Assembly: GCA_049297675.1 (NCBI GenBank)
Contig: JBAQUS010000010.1
Location: 6,781-70,780 of the forward strand
Source: Minisyncoccia bacterium
Lineage (GTDB): Bacteria; Patescibacteriota; Minisyncoccia; Phycocordibacterales; DATDWN01
Direction of reading: 5' to 3'
Length of the DNA: 64,000 nt
In this document: positions 16,593-25,757 of the stretch, piece by piece
Layout of the letters: every line of letters begins with the position of its first letter
How positions within the stretch are numbered: the first letter of the stretch is position 1
Translations under genes and position numbers: made by a program
Notes under the pieces: model-generated
The model's database searches: none
What the model saw: the letters and a program-made list of their open reading frames with translations, nothing else
Told to the model about the DNA's origin: nothing

Positions 16593-18015
16593 CTCTATGG
16601 TAAAACCGCTCAAAATTGCTCCAGTTGTTTTTCTCTTATTAGTCACTACTTTTTTCTCTATTTACAAACTTTCTGAAAGTCCAAGAACATGGATGGATGA
16701 GGGTATTATCACACAGGTTTCAAAAAATGTTGCTGAATATGGAAAGCATGCTTTGCAGGTGGCACCAGAGAGATTTGTTTCGGCAGGTATAGTCTCAACA
16801 GGTTTTCCTGTCACTTTTCCTATAGCGTTATCTTTCAAATTCTTTGGCACTGGTTTGCTTCAGGCTAGAATAGTTATGGTTATTTTTATACTGCTACTTA
16901 TTTCTACAGTATTTTTTTATTTAAAGAGACTTTATGGAATGAAAGTTGGATTTTGGGGAACTTTACTTGTGGCCACTTTTTCTCCACTTTATGGTAATGG
17001 TAAAAATGTATTAGGTGAAGTTCCAGGTCTCTTTTTCTTTTTTGCAATGCTTTTGTTTATTGACAAAGCTATTCATGACAAAGAGAAAATTAGTAATTAT
17101 ATTCTTGCTGGTTTGTTTACAGGCTTAGCATTTTCAACTAAATCAATTTTCATTCTACTATTACCAGCACTATTGGTAGCTAGTTTATGGCATTTTTATA
17201 GAGGAGGTATTAATTTTGACAAGTATTACTTGTATTCATTTATAAGTTTTATAGCTGTCTTTTTTCTGTGGATATACATTCAGTTCAGTAATGATTCAAT
17301 ATCTAAGATATTGCTTATTTATGCTAATCCTTATTACATATCTGTAATTGATTCAATAAAAAATAATTTACTGTTGTTTATAGGTAGACCTGAACCAATT
17401 TATTTTCTAGGGACATTACTAATTTGGATAGTTTCATATTTCTATCGTATCAAAAAGGCAGTACCAATTAATTTTTCAGAGTCCCTTGCTCTCATGTTCT
17501 CAATACTGATCTTTCTGGCATTTTTTAGAACTCCTGGTTATTTTAGATATTTCTTTCTAGCACAGTTTATAAGTCTTGTGTATTTACTACCCTCATTGAA
17601 CTCTTTATTTTCACATACCAAACTATCAAAATTTATTTTATGGGGTATAGGAATCCTTATTGTTTTTCATATTTATATGACATCATTCCATTCTTGGGTG
17701 GCAAGTCATTACAGAGGTACTAGATCCCATGATATATCGATTTTGGCGAATGAAATATCGGATGATGGCAAAATATTGTTTTACCAAGTTCCAGAATTTA
17801 TTATTTTTCTAAAAAACAACAATTATCATCAGTTTATAGATATTACAGCTCTCATAAAAGTTGGAGAAGAAAATAAAGCATTAGTTGAGAATGGTTATTT
17901 TGATAAAATAGTCATTAATGATTCAGTCTATGATAAAAATGACTCAATGTTTAAATATTATGGTAGAGTTGGGGGTCTTGACCACTATATAATTCTGAAA
18001 AAAAATAAATTATGA
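16585..18015 (+). CDS. GT-C fold membrane glycosyltransferase (ArnT/PMT-like)
   Basis: About 11 predicted TM helices. The first extracytoplasmic loop reads ESPRTWMDEGIITQVSKNV (acidic DE motif), as in the ArnT/PMT family. Confidence 0.5.
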   Translation: MTSSMVKPLKIAPVVFLLLVTTFFSIYKLSESPRTWMDEGIITQVSKNVAEYGKHALQVAPERFVSAGIVSTGFPVTFPIALSFKFFGTGLLQARIVMVIFILLLISTVFFYLKRLYGMKVGFWGTLLVATFSPLYGNGKNVLGEVPGLFFFFAMLLFIDKAIHDKEKISNYILAGLFTGLAFSTKSIFILLLPALLVASLWHFYRGGINFDKYYLYSFISFIAVFFLWIYIQFSNDSISKILLIYANPYYISVIDSIKNNLLLFIGRPEPIYFLGTLLIWIVSYFYRIKKAVPINFSESLALMFSILIFLAFFRTPGYFRYFFLAQFISLVYLLPSLNSLFSHTKLSKFILWGIGILIVFHIYMTSFHSWVASHYRGTRSHDISILANEISDDGKILFYQVPEFIIFLKNNNYHQFIDITALIKVGEENKALVENGYFDKIVINDSVYDKNDSMFKYYGRVGGLDHYIILKKNKL

Positions 18016-19118
18016 AAATAGTCTATATAGCTTCCGTGAGGTTACCCACTGAGAAAGCTCATGGTGTTCAGATAATGAAAACCTGCGAAGCATTAGCTAA
18101 ATCAGGAATAAAAACATCTTTGTTTGTTCCGAATTATTCTAGTACAAATGATATAAAAGAAGACGCCTTTCTTTACTATGGAGTCAGAAAATTGTTTACC
18201 ATTAAGAAACTCTTTGGAATAAGGCTTATTCGTTTAGGTGCCCTTGGATTTTTTTCTGAGAGTTTAATATTTTTTATCTCGGTCATTTTTTCTTCTGATT
18301 TTTGGAAAGCCGACTACATATACAGTCGAGATGAGATGATCGTGGTTCTTTCAAGTCTTCTAGGCAGAAAATCTATTTGGGAGACTCACACTGGGAGCTA
18401 TAACTATTTTGCAAAAATAGCCTTGAAAAAGGCTTACTTAATAGTTGCAATTTCACAAGGTTTAAAAGACTTTTATGTAGAAAAAGGAACTAATAGTAAT
18501 AAGGTGGTAGTGGCTCATGACAGTGTTGATTTGGACGAGTTCAAAGTCTCTAAAACTAAAAACGAATTAAGGGAAAAATTCGGGTTACCACAAGACAAAA
18601 AAATAATTCTATATGTTGGTAGACTGGATGGATGGAAAGGAATAAAAGTTTTTCTTGATGCAACTAAATATTTCAACGATTTGCAAGTAGCACTAATAAT
18701 AGGAGGAGACAATGATCAAATAAATAATCTATCAAAGGATTACAAAAATGTTATTTTTTGGGGTTATAGGCCATACAAGGATTTACCAATGTATCAAAAA
18801 TTAGCTGATGTATTAGTTGTACCAAATACAGGCAAGAGCGAAGTATCAAAATTTTTTACTTCACCTCTTAAAGTTTTTGCTTATATGGCTTCTGGAGTTT
18901 CTATTGTTGCATCAGATTTACCCTCTATACGAGAGATATTAAATGAAGATAATTCAATACTGGTAGAGCCTGATAATCCTAAAGCTTTCGCGGACGCCAT
19001 TAATATGATTCTAGGGGATGAAGGAAGAGCAAGAATGATAAGAGAGCAGGCACTCAGAGATGTTAGAATGTATACATGGGATGAAAGAGTGAAAAATATT
19101 CTTTCTTCATTAAAATAG
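18012..19118 (+). CDS. Glycosyltransferase family 1 (GT4-type)
   Basis: The N-terminal EKAHGVQIMKTCEALAKSGI is the GT4 N-domain motif. The C-terminal region carries an E..A.G.P-type GT1 motif. Confidence 0.7.
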   Translation: MKIVYIASVRLPTEKAHGVQIMKTCEALAKSGIKTSLFVPNYSSTNDIKEDAFLYYGVRKLFTIKKLFGIRLIRLGALGFFSESLIFFISVIFSSDFWKADYIYSRDEMIVVLSSLLGRKSIWETHTGSYNYFAKIALKKAYLIVAISQGLKDFYVEKGTNSNKVVVAHDSVDLDEFKVSKTKNELREKFGLPQDKKIILYVGRLDGWKGIKVFLDATKYFNDLQVALIIGGDNDQINNLSKDYKNVIFWGYRPYKDLPMYQKLADVLVVPNTGKSEVSKFFTSPLKVFAYMASGVSIVASDLPSIREILNEDNSILVEPDNPKAFADAINMILGDEGRARMIREQALRDVRMYTWDERVKNILSSLK

Positions 19119-19823
19119 ATGAAAAATGTAGTCATTATTCCAACATATAATGAGAAGGAAAATATTGAGGTTATTATTCCTCTAATTTATAAATTATATC
19201 CGGAAATATATGTTTGTGTTGTTGATGACAATTCTCCTGATGGGACTGCAGGTTCAGTTAATTTATTAAAGAAACAATATGTGAATTTAAGTTTGATTTT
19301 ACGAAAAGGGAAAGAAGGTCTAGCAAAAGCATACATACATGCTTTCAAGGAGGTACTTAAAGACAATGACGTTGAAACAATAATAATGATGGATGCCGAT
19401 CTTTCTCATGATCCAAAGCATATAGGTGAAATGATTGAGCTTAGAAAAAAATATGATGTGATAGTTGGTTCTAGGTATATAAAAGGCGGAAGAACTGAGG
19501 GCTGGGAATTTTATAGAAGATTATTGAGTCGTTTAGGTAATATTTATGCCAAACTAATCACACAGATGCCTGTCAACGAGTGCACTGGAGGGTTTAACGC
19601 AATTAATGCTAATATACTAAGAAAGATAAACCTAGATGAGATTAATATGTCAGGTTACGCTTTCATAATGTATTTTAAGTATGTACTGTATAAAAATGGA
19701 GCAAAGTTTTTTGAGATTCCAATATGTTTCAAGAACAGAGTAGAAGGTGTCTCAAAGCTATCAAATATGATTATTCGCGAAGGGATACTTGCTCCATGGG
19801 AAATGATTTTTTCAAAGAAATAA
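19119..19823 (+). CDS. Polyprenol-phosphate sugar synthase (DPM1-like GT2, soluble)
   Basis: Motifs VIIPTYNEKENIE, VVDDNSPDGT and DADLSHDP form a DxD-type GT2 catalytic core typical of dolichol/undecaprenol-phosphate mannose or glucose synthases. Confidence 0.75.
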   Translation: MKNVVIIPTYNEKENIEVIIPLIYKLYPEIYVCVVDDNSPDGTAGSVNLLKKQYVNLSLILRKGKEGLAKAYIHAFKEVLKDNDVETIIMMDADLSHDPKHIGEMIELRKKYDVIVGSRYIKGGRTEGWEFYRRLLSRLGNIYAKLITQMPVNECTGGFNAINANILRKINLDEINMSGYAFIMYFKYVLYKNGAKFFEIPICFKNRVEGVSKLSNMIIREGILAPWEMIFSKK

Positions 19824-19875
19824 ATTTTAGATGCATTGGATTCTTTGAGTAAAAAGGATTATAGTACTCAATAAT

Positions 19876-20823
19876 ATGAAAATTTCTGTTGTTACACCCA
19901 TATACAATGAAGCCAAAAATATACCCATTTTACTTAAAGAGTTGAAGGATGTTCTAGTTAATATTAGTGATGATTATGAGATTATTACTATTGATGATGG
20001 TTCAAGGGATAATTCATTTGATGTATTATCAAATATTGCACAAAGTGATATTCACATTAAGGTAATAAATTTCAGAGTAAATAATGGTCAAACTGCAGCA
20101 ATATCTGCTGGAATTGAGCACGCAACTGGTGATCTAATTATCCCAATAGATAGTGATTTGGAAAATGATCCAAAGGATATTCCAAAATTGTTGTTAAAAA
20201 TAAATGAAGGTTTTGATGTTGTTTCTGGTTGGCGAAAAAATAGATGGAAGGACAAACTTTTGACAAGAAAATTACCATCAATGTGTGCTAATTGGATTAT
20301 ATCAAAGATTACGAGATTGAAGCTTCATGATTATGGTTGTACTTTGAAAGTTTACAAGAGGGAAGTAATAGAATATACAAATCTCTATGGTGAGATGCAC
20401 AGATTTATCCCAGCCTATGCATACTGGAGAGGGGCAAAAGTTACTGAGGTTATCATCAATCATAGATCCAGAATTCATGGTGAAAGTAATTATGGATTCA
20501 ATAGACTTTTCAAAGTTTTGCTGGACTTGATTGTAATAAAATTTCTAGAAAAATATATGAACAAGCCGATACATTTTTTCGGAGGACTCGGTTTTATATT
20601 ATTTGGTTTCGGTATATTTTTTGGCCTAACTTCTATAATTCTAAAAATTATCCAACTGAGAGATTTTGTCTCGACACCACTCCCTGTATTTTCCGCCTTC
20701 CTTTTAGTTGTAGGTATTCAACTTATTGTCATGGGAATTATTGCTGAAATACTGATGAGGACATATTACGAATCTCAAGGTAAGAAGTCATATATTATTA
20801 AGGATAAGATAAATTTGAAATAA
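19876..20823 (+). CDS. GtrB-like GT2 polyprenol-phosphate sugar synthase with C-terminal TM helices
   Basis: GT2 motifs ISVVTPIYNE, IDDGSRD and DSDLENDP are present. Two C-terminal hydrophobic helices follow, as in GtrB/ArnC. Confidence 0.75.
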   Translation: MKISVVTPIYNEAKNIPILLKELKDVLVNISDDYEIITIDDGSRDNSFDVLSNIAQSDIHIKVINFRVNNGQTAAISAGIEHATGDLIIPIDSDLENDPKDIPKLLLKINEGFDVVSGWRKNRWKDKLLTRKLPSMCANWIISKITRLKLHDYGCTLKVYKREVIEYTNLYGEMHRFIPAYAYWRGAKVTEVIINHRSRIHGESNYGFNRLFKVLLDLIVIKFLEKYMNKPIHFFGGLGFILFGFGIFFGLTSIILKIIQLRDFVSTPLPVFSAFLLVVGIQLIVMGIIAEILMRTYYESQGKKSYIIKDKINLK

Positions 20824-20824
20824 A

Positions 20825-22684
20825 ATGTGTGGTATAGCAGGTTTCGTTGGTCAAGGTGATGTATCAGACCTAGAAAAGATGACAGCATCCCTATCTAACA
20901 GAGGTCCTGATGATAGCGGTTTGTTTTGTGAAGACGGGGTTGGTTTGGGACACACAAGGCTAAGTATTATAGATCTAAGTCCTACTGGGCATCAACCAAT
21001 GTTTTCCAGTGATAAAAAAGTTGGCATCGTTTTTAATGGTGAGATGTATAATTACTTAGAATTGAAGGAAGAATTACGAAGTCAGAATTACAATTTTAAA
21101 TCTACTTCGGATACTGAAGTCATAATTGCTTTGTACATAAAGTATGGTGAGAAGTGTTTCGAAAAGATGAATGGTATGTTTGCCTTAGCTATTTATGATT
21201 TTGAGAAAGGGAAATTGATTCTCGCTCGAGACAGGCTAGGCAAAAAGCCTCTCTATTGGGCAATATTTGATAACACTTTAATTTTCGGTTCGGAACTCAA
21301 GTCTCTTCTTAAACACCCTTCATTTGTTAAAGAGATGGATCCAGAATCCCTGGAGTTATATCTTCAGCTGGATTATGTTCCCACACCGAAAACAATTTAC
21401 AAAAATGTTTTTAAGCTCGAACCAGCAAGTTTTCTTAAATTTCAAAACGGACAATATGAAGTAAAAAAGTTTTGGGAGTTGGGGGCAAAAGAAGAAGAAA
21501 AAATCTCACTAAGTGATGCCATGAAAAAACTTCATAGAGAGTTACAAGTTGCTGTAAAATCAAGAATGATCTCTGATGTTCCACTCGGTGTCTTTCTAAG
21601 CGGTGGCCTGGATAGTTCTACTGTAGCTTATTATGCTAAGAATGCTTATAAAAACGATATTCACACATTCTCAATTGGATTTAAGGAAAAAAGTTTTGAT
21701 GAGTCAAAATACGCTATTAAAGTGGCAAAATATCTTGGTACTACTCACCATCACAAAATTGTCTCGGCCAGGGACTGTTTTGAGACACTGGACGAAATAG
21801 TTGAAATTTTTGATGAACCAGTAGCCGATGCCTCTGTCATCCCAACATATCTTTTATCAAAATTTGCCAAAGAAAGCGTAACTGTAGCTATAGGTGGAGA
21901 CGGTGGGGATGAGTTGTTTGCAGGTTATCCAACTTTTCAAGCAGATAAATACCACAAAACTTATTTAAATCTACCTTCTGTGGTTAAGAAGCTAATTTCC
22001 GTAGTAATAAGTTTAATTCCGGCAACAGACAATAATTTTGGGTTGAAATTTAAACTCCAAAAATTTATTGAGGGTATTGATAAAGATAGGTTTATGAGTC
22101 ATCAAAACTGGTTAGGGACATTTTCCAGGTCTGACTTAGAAAGTTTGCTTAGGTCAAAGACTGGGAAAAATTTGGTAAAAGATTACTTGGGAAATGTATT
22201 AAGTGAGACAAAAATAAAAGATGAGGATAATAAATTACTTTACTCATACATGAGAACTTACATGATGGATGAAGTTTTGGTAAAGGTTGATAGAGCTAGT
22301 ATGTTTGCATCTCTTGAAACCAGATCACCCTTTCTCGATTATAGATTGGTAGAATTTGTATTTAGTCTACCATACTCCTTTAAACTGTATGGTTTTAAGA
22401 CAAAATTTATTCTAAAAATGCTTATGTCAACAAAATTGCCAAGATCGATTGTTTGGAGAAAAAAGAAAGGATTTGGAATACCGCTTACAAAGTGGCTAAA
22501 AGGGGACCTAAAAGAGTTTTGTCTCAGTTTGCTTTCCAAAGAAAATATTTTAAAGCAAGGTATATTTGATTATGAATTTATAGAAAAAACCTTAAATGAA
22601 CACTTTTCAAACAAACAAGACAATCGTAAAAAAATATGGAATTTGATGGTTTTTCAGATGTGGTATAGGAGGTATATGAAATAG
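20825..22684 (+). CDS. asnB: Asparagine synthetase, glutamine-hydrolysing (class II amidotransferase)
   Basis: The N-terminal MCGIAGFVG places the catalytic Cys at position 2. The PP-loop SGGLDSS marks the synthetase domain. Confidence 0.9.
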   Translation: MCGIAGFVGQGDVSDLEKMTASLSNRGPDDSGLFCEDGVGLGHTRLSIIDLSPTGHQPMFSSDKKVGIVFNGEMYNYLELKEELRSQNYNFKSTSDTEVIIALYIKYGEKCFEKMNGMFALAIYDFEKGKLILARDRLGKKPLYWAIFDNTLIFGSELKSLLKHPSFVKEMDPESLELYLQLDYVPTPKTIYKNVFKLEPASFLKFQNGQYEVKKFWELGAKEEEKISLSDAMKKLHRELQVAVKSRMISDVPLGVFLSGGLDSSTVAYYAKNAYKNDIHTFSIGFKEKSFDESKYAIKVAKYLGTTHHHKIVSARDCFETLDEIVEIFDEPVADASVIPTYLLSKFAKESVTVAIGGDGGDELFAGYPTFQADKYHKTYLNLPSVVKKLISVVISLIPATDNNFGLKFKLQKFIEGIDKDRFMSHQNWLGTFSRSDLESLLRSKTGKNLVKDYLGNVLSETKIKDEDNKLLYSYMRTYMMDEVLVKVDRASMFASLETRSPFLDYRLVEFVFSLPYSFKLYGFKTKFILKMLMSTKLPRSIVWRKKKGFGIPLTKWLKGDLKEFCLSLLSKENILKQGIFDYEFIEKTLNEHFSNKQDNRKKIWNLMVFQMWYRRYMK

Positions 22685-22802
22685 TTTTATTGTTTATCCA
22701 CAACTAACCATAATAAATCAATTTACACAATTTTAGTGATAATATATAATTGAAAGTAGAAAATATCACCTTTCCGTTATATATTATAAATAATACAATT
22801 TT

Positions 22803-23390
22803 ATGTCTACCGACAACCTTATTGCTAAGTTATATGAATCCACGAAAACAATTCTAACCATAAAGGACATAGCTTTAATTTGGGGGGAAACTAACACCGT
22901 CAGTCTTATCTCAAAGATCAAATACTATGCTAAACAAGGGTCGCTCAACCGCCTGACTCGTGGTGTGTTTGCAAAAAATAATGGGTATGATGTTAAAGAA
23001 TTAGCGACTAGCATCTATACCCCATCATATATAAGTTTTGAAACAGTCCTAAGAGAAGCCGGGATTATTTTTCAGCATCAGACTGCTATCTTTGTAGCCG
23101 GTCCATATCCAACTACAAAAAAGATTGGTGATAAAACAATTACATTTAGAAAATTAAAAGACAGTATTCTCTACAGTGCAGTTGGTGTGAAAAATGAAAA
23201 AAATTACAGCATTGCTACACCGGAGCGAGCATTTCTAGATACAATTTATTTATCTCCTAAATTATATTTTGACAATCTCCAATCCATTAACTGGGAGACA
23301 TGTTTTGAAATCGTGAAAATTTACGATAATAAACAACTAATAAAACGCCTAAAAAAATATCAGACTAACTACCAAAAACATGCTCAATAA
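22803..23390 (+). CDS. AbiEi-family antitoxin (type IV TA system)
   Basis: RLTRGVFAKN and PSYISFETVLREAGII match the AbiEi_4 pattern (rGvY ... SYiSlesAL). It overlaps the downstream toxin gene by 11 nt. Confidence 0.65.
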   Translation: MSTDNLIAKLYESTKTILTIKDIALIWGETNTVSLISKIKYYAKQGSLNRLTRGVFAKNNGYDVKELATSIYTPSYISFETVLREAGIIFQHQTAIFVAGPYPTTKKIGDKTITFRKLKDSILYSAVGVKNEKNYSIATPERAFLDTIYLSPKLYFDNLQSINWETCFEIVKIYDNKQLIKRLKKYQTNYQKHAQ

Positions 23391-24093
23391 AGAAAAACAC
23401 CAGCTTATCATGGGACAGATTCTCCGAGACATTTACTCGGATACTTCCATTTCTTCCCTTATCGGATTCAAGGGCGGTACCTGTGCCTACTTTTTCTATG
23501 GACTGACTCGTTTCTCTGTTGATTTAGACTTTGATCTCTTCTCTACCGATGAAGCCACACAAAAATTGGTGTACGAAAGAATCCAGAGGCTATTAGGAAA
23601 ATACGGAGAGGTTAAAGATAACTATATAAAACGTAACACCATCTTCTTCCTGATATCCTATGGTGATGCGGACCACAATATCAAAGTTGAAGTGAATGTC
23701 AGAATCCTTGTGCCGGATATTAGAAAACATTATGAAGTGATGAAATATCTTGGAATTTCCATGTTGGTTGGAAAAAAAGATTATATCTTTGCCAGTAAGC
23801 TTACTGCTCTGACAAGTCGAAGCGAAACAGCCATGCGTGATATTTATGACATCTGGTTTTTTGGCATCAATCATTGGGACATCAATGCCGAGGTGATCAA
23901 AGCTCGAACTGGCAAGACTATTAAAGAATATATAGCTGATTGTATTCCTGTTGTTGAAGTGGTTAAAGATAATGAAATCTTGAGAGGTCTGGCAGAGTTA
24001 TTGACTGATGAAAAAGAAAAGATGTGGGTTAAAACACATCTGCGAAAGGAGGTTATCTTCCTGCTTAAGAACTATCAGTCAATATTAAAATAA
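23380..24093 (+). CDS. AbiEii/AbiGii-family nucleotidyltransferase toxin (DUF1814)
   Basis: FKGGTCAYFFYGLTRFSVDLDFDL carries the GG[ST]...D.D nucleotidyltransferase motif of AbiEii toxins. Confidence 0.7.
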   Translation: MLNKEKHQLIMGQILRDIYSDTSISSLIGFKGGTCAYFFYGLTRFSVDLDFDLFSTDEATQKLVYERIQRLLGKYGEVKDNYIKRNTIFFLISYGDADHNIKVEVNVRILVPDIRKHYEVMKYLGISMLVGKKDYIFASKLTALTSRSETAMRDIYDIWFFGINHWDINAEVIKARTGKTIKEYIADCIPVVEVVKDNEILRGLAELLTDEKEKMWVKTHLRKEVIFLLKNYQSILK

Positions 24094-24110
24094 AATTTAT
24101 GATTCACAAA

Positions 24111-24198
24111 ATGACCACTTTTCAAGCCGAGAAGATAATCGTAAAAAAATCTGGAATCTAGTGGTTTTTCAGATGTGGTATGATAGATATATGAAATA
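24111..24198 (+). pseudogene. Diverged duplicate of the asnB 3' end (remnant fragment)
   Basis: About 88 nt with roughly 85% identity to 22597-22684. It would encode ...NRKKIWNLVVFQMWYDRYMK*, against the asnB C-terminus ...NRKKIWNLMVFQMWYRRYMK*. Confidence 0.7.
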
Positions 24199-24230
24199 AC
24201 TTTTATTATTAATAATAAATTTAAACCTTA

Positions 24231-25712
24231 ATGAAAAAAATAACTAATGTATTTATGTCGATCATTTTGTCTGTTTTGGTGGCAATTCCATTCAATGTTT
24301 TTGCCTTTACTTCTGAGTGTACTGGTGGAACTATTACTAATGTCGGAGCAAATACAGTTCACACTTTTACATCGAGCGGAACTTTTGAATGTTCTAGTGC
24401 AGGAACAGGAAATGTAGATTATTTGGTTGTTGCAGGCGGTGGTGGAGGTGGTGGAGCAAACAGTGCTGGTGGTGGCGGTGCTGGTGGTGTGAGGATGGGT
24501 ACTTCACTCTCATTCTCGGGCAGTTCATCTGTAACAGTTGGTTCTGGAGGTACAGGTGGGGCTGACACTGGGGTAACTGGATCGAATGGTTCTGACTCGG
24601 TGTGGAATAGTATAATCTCAATTGGTGGCAGTGGAGGTGGTGGCAATACTGCCCCCTCAAACGCTGGGACTAATGGTGGTTCAGGCGGTGGAAATGCTGG
24701 ATTTGGTACTGGACTTGCTGGATCGGGAATAGTTGGTCAAGGTAATGATGGGGGTGTTGGTGCAGATAATCCTTTTCCTTCTGGTGGGGGTGGTGGAGCA
24801 GGTTCAACTGGACAAGCTGGGACGGGTTTTCAATCAGGGTCTGGAGGAGCTGGCATAGTTAGTTCAATTTCTGGTTCTGCTATTTACTATGGAGGCGGAG
24901 GTGGTGGAGGCTCTAGCTCACAAGGATCATTATATGGACTCGGTGGTATAGGTGGTGGTGGAAATGGAGGAGAATTGGGGAATCCAACGTTAGGTGTTGC
25001 CAATACTGGAGGGGGAGGTGGTGGTTCGGGTAGTGCTAACACTGTTGGAGCGTCAGGCGGTTCGGGTATTGTAATACTGAGTTATGTAACCCCGGTCTAT
25101 CTTCCACCAATAACTGGAACTGGAATAAATAATAGATTAGCAAAATTTTCATCAGCCACCACAATAACTAACTCCTTACTTTCCGATGATGGACTAAACA
25201 TATCTCTTACCTCTGGTAACTTATTTATCTCGAACGGTTCTTTATTTTCACAATTTATTAGTTTATTAGCTGACGGTTTGGGTTTAGATACTGATACTCC
25301 CAGACTTCTCTCTATTGGCTCTACAACCGCAACTTCAATAAATATTGGTAGGGCAAATGTTACAACTACAATATTTGGTACAACAAAAATATCAAATATT
25401 GGTACTGTCTCAAATTGTGTTTCAACAATCACTCCTGCTGTATGTGGTTCTGCTCCATCTGGAAGTGTAGCAATGTCAACTGGAGGTAGTACTTTAATAG
25501 TGAATACAACAGCAGTGACATCAGATAGTCAGATATTTGTAATAGAAGATGCATCACTTGGTGCAAGACTAGGTATTACTTGTAGTGGTGCAGGGGCAAA
25601 TAGAAGTTTTAGTATTAGTGCTAGAACGGCTAATACTAGTTACACTATTAAATCTAGTGGTAATATAACTGGTGCTAACAAAGCTTGTTTGAGTTATTTT
25701 ATAGTGAACTAA
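24231..25712 (+). CDS. Secreted glycine-rich domain protein (Gly_rich-like) with conserved C-terminal Ser/Thr-rich domain; paralog A
   Basis: A signal peptide (MKKITNVFMSIILSVLVAIPFNVFA) is followed by VDYLVVAGGGGGGG and long GGxGG tracts, then GSGIVILSY. The C-terminal roughly 190 aa are about 75-80% identical to the paralog at 52750-54213. Both end in CLSYFIVN. Confidence 0.75.
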   Translation: MKKITNVFMSIILSVLVAIPFNVFAFTSECTGGTITNVGANTVHTFTSSGTFECSSAGTGNVDYLVVAGGGGGGGANSAGGGGAGGVRMGTSLSFSGSSSVTVGSGGTGGADTGVTGSNGSDSVWNSIISIGGSGGGGNTAPSNAGTNGGSGGGNAGFGTGLAGSGIVGQGNDGGVGADNPFPSGGGGGAGSTGQAGTGFQSGSGGAGIVSSISGSAIYYGGGGGGGSSSQGSLYGLGGIGGGGNGGELGNPTLGVANTGGGGGGSGSANTVGASGGSGIVILSYVTPVYLPPITGTGINNRLAKFSSATTITNSLLSDDGLNISLTSGNLFISNGSLFSQFISLLADGLGLDTDTPRLLSIGSTTATSINIGRANVTTTIFGTTKISNIGTVSNCVSTITPAVCGSAPSGSVAMSTGGSTLIVNTTAVTSDSQIFVIEDASLGARLGITCSGAGANRSFSISARTANTSYTIKSSGNITGANKACLSYFIVN

Positions 25713-25757
25713 ACTTTGATTAAAAAACAGATTTTTTATAGCTAACAATTCAGTGCA

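Noticed and set aside
24394-24660. Antisense ORFs rich in H/Q/P/L (24394..24660 -, 24419..24646 -, 25097..25432 -, 53435..53656 -, 53595..54092 -, 53150..53371 +) inside the glycine-rich protein genes
   Set aside because: They are the reverse-complement or frame-shifted readings of GGN-codon repeats (CCN/CAC/CTC). Low-complexity artefacts of this kind are expected opposite Gly-rich coding sequence.
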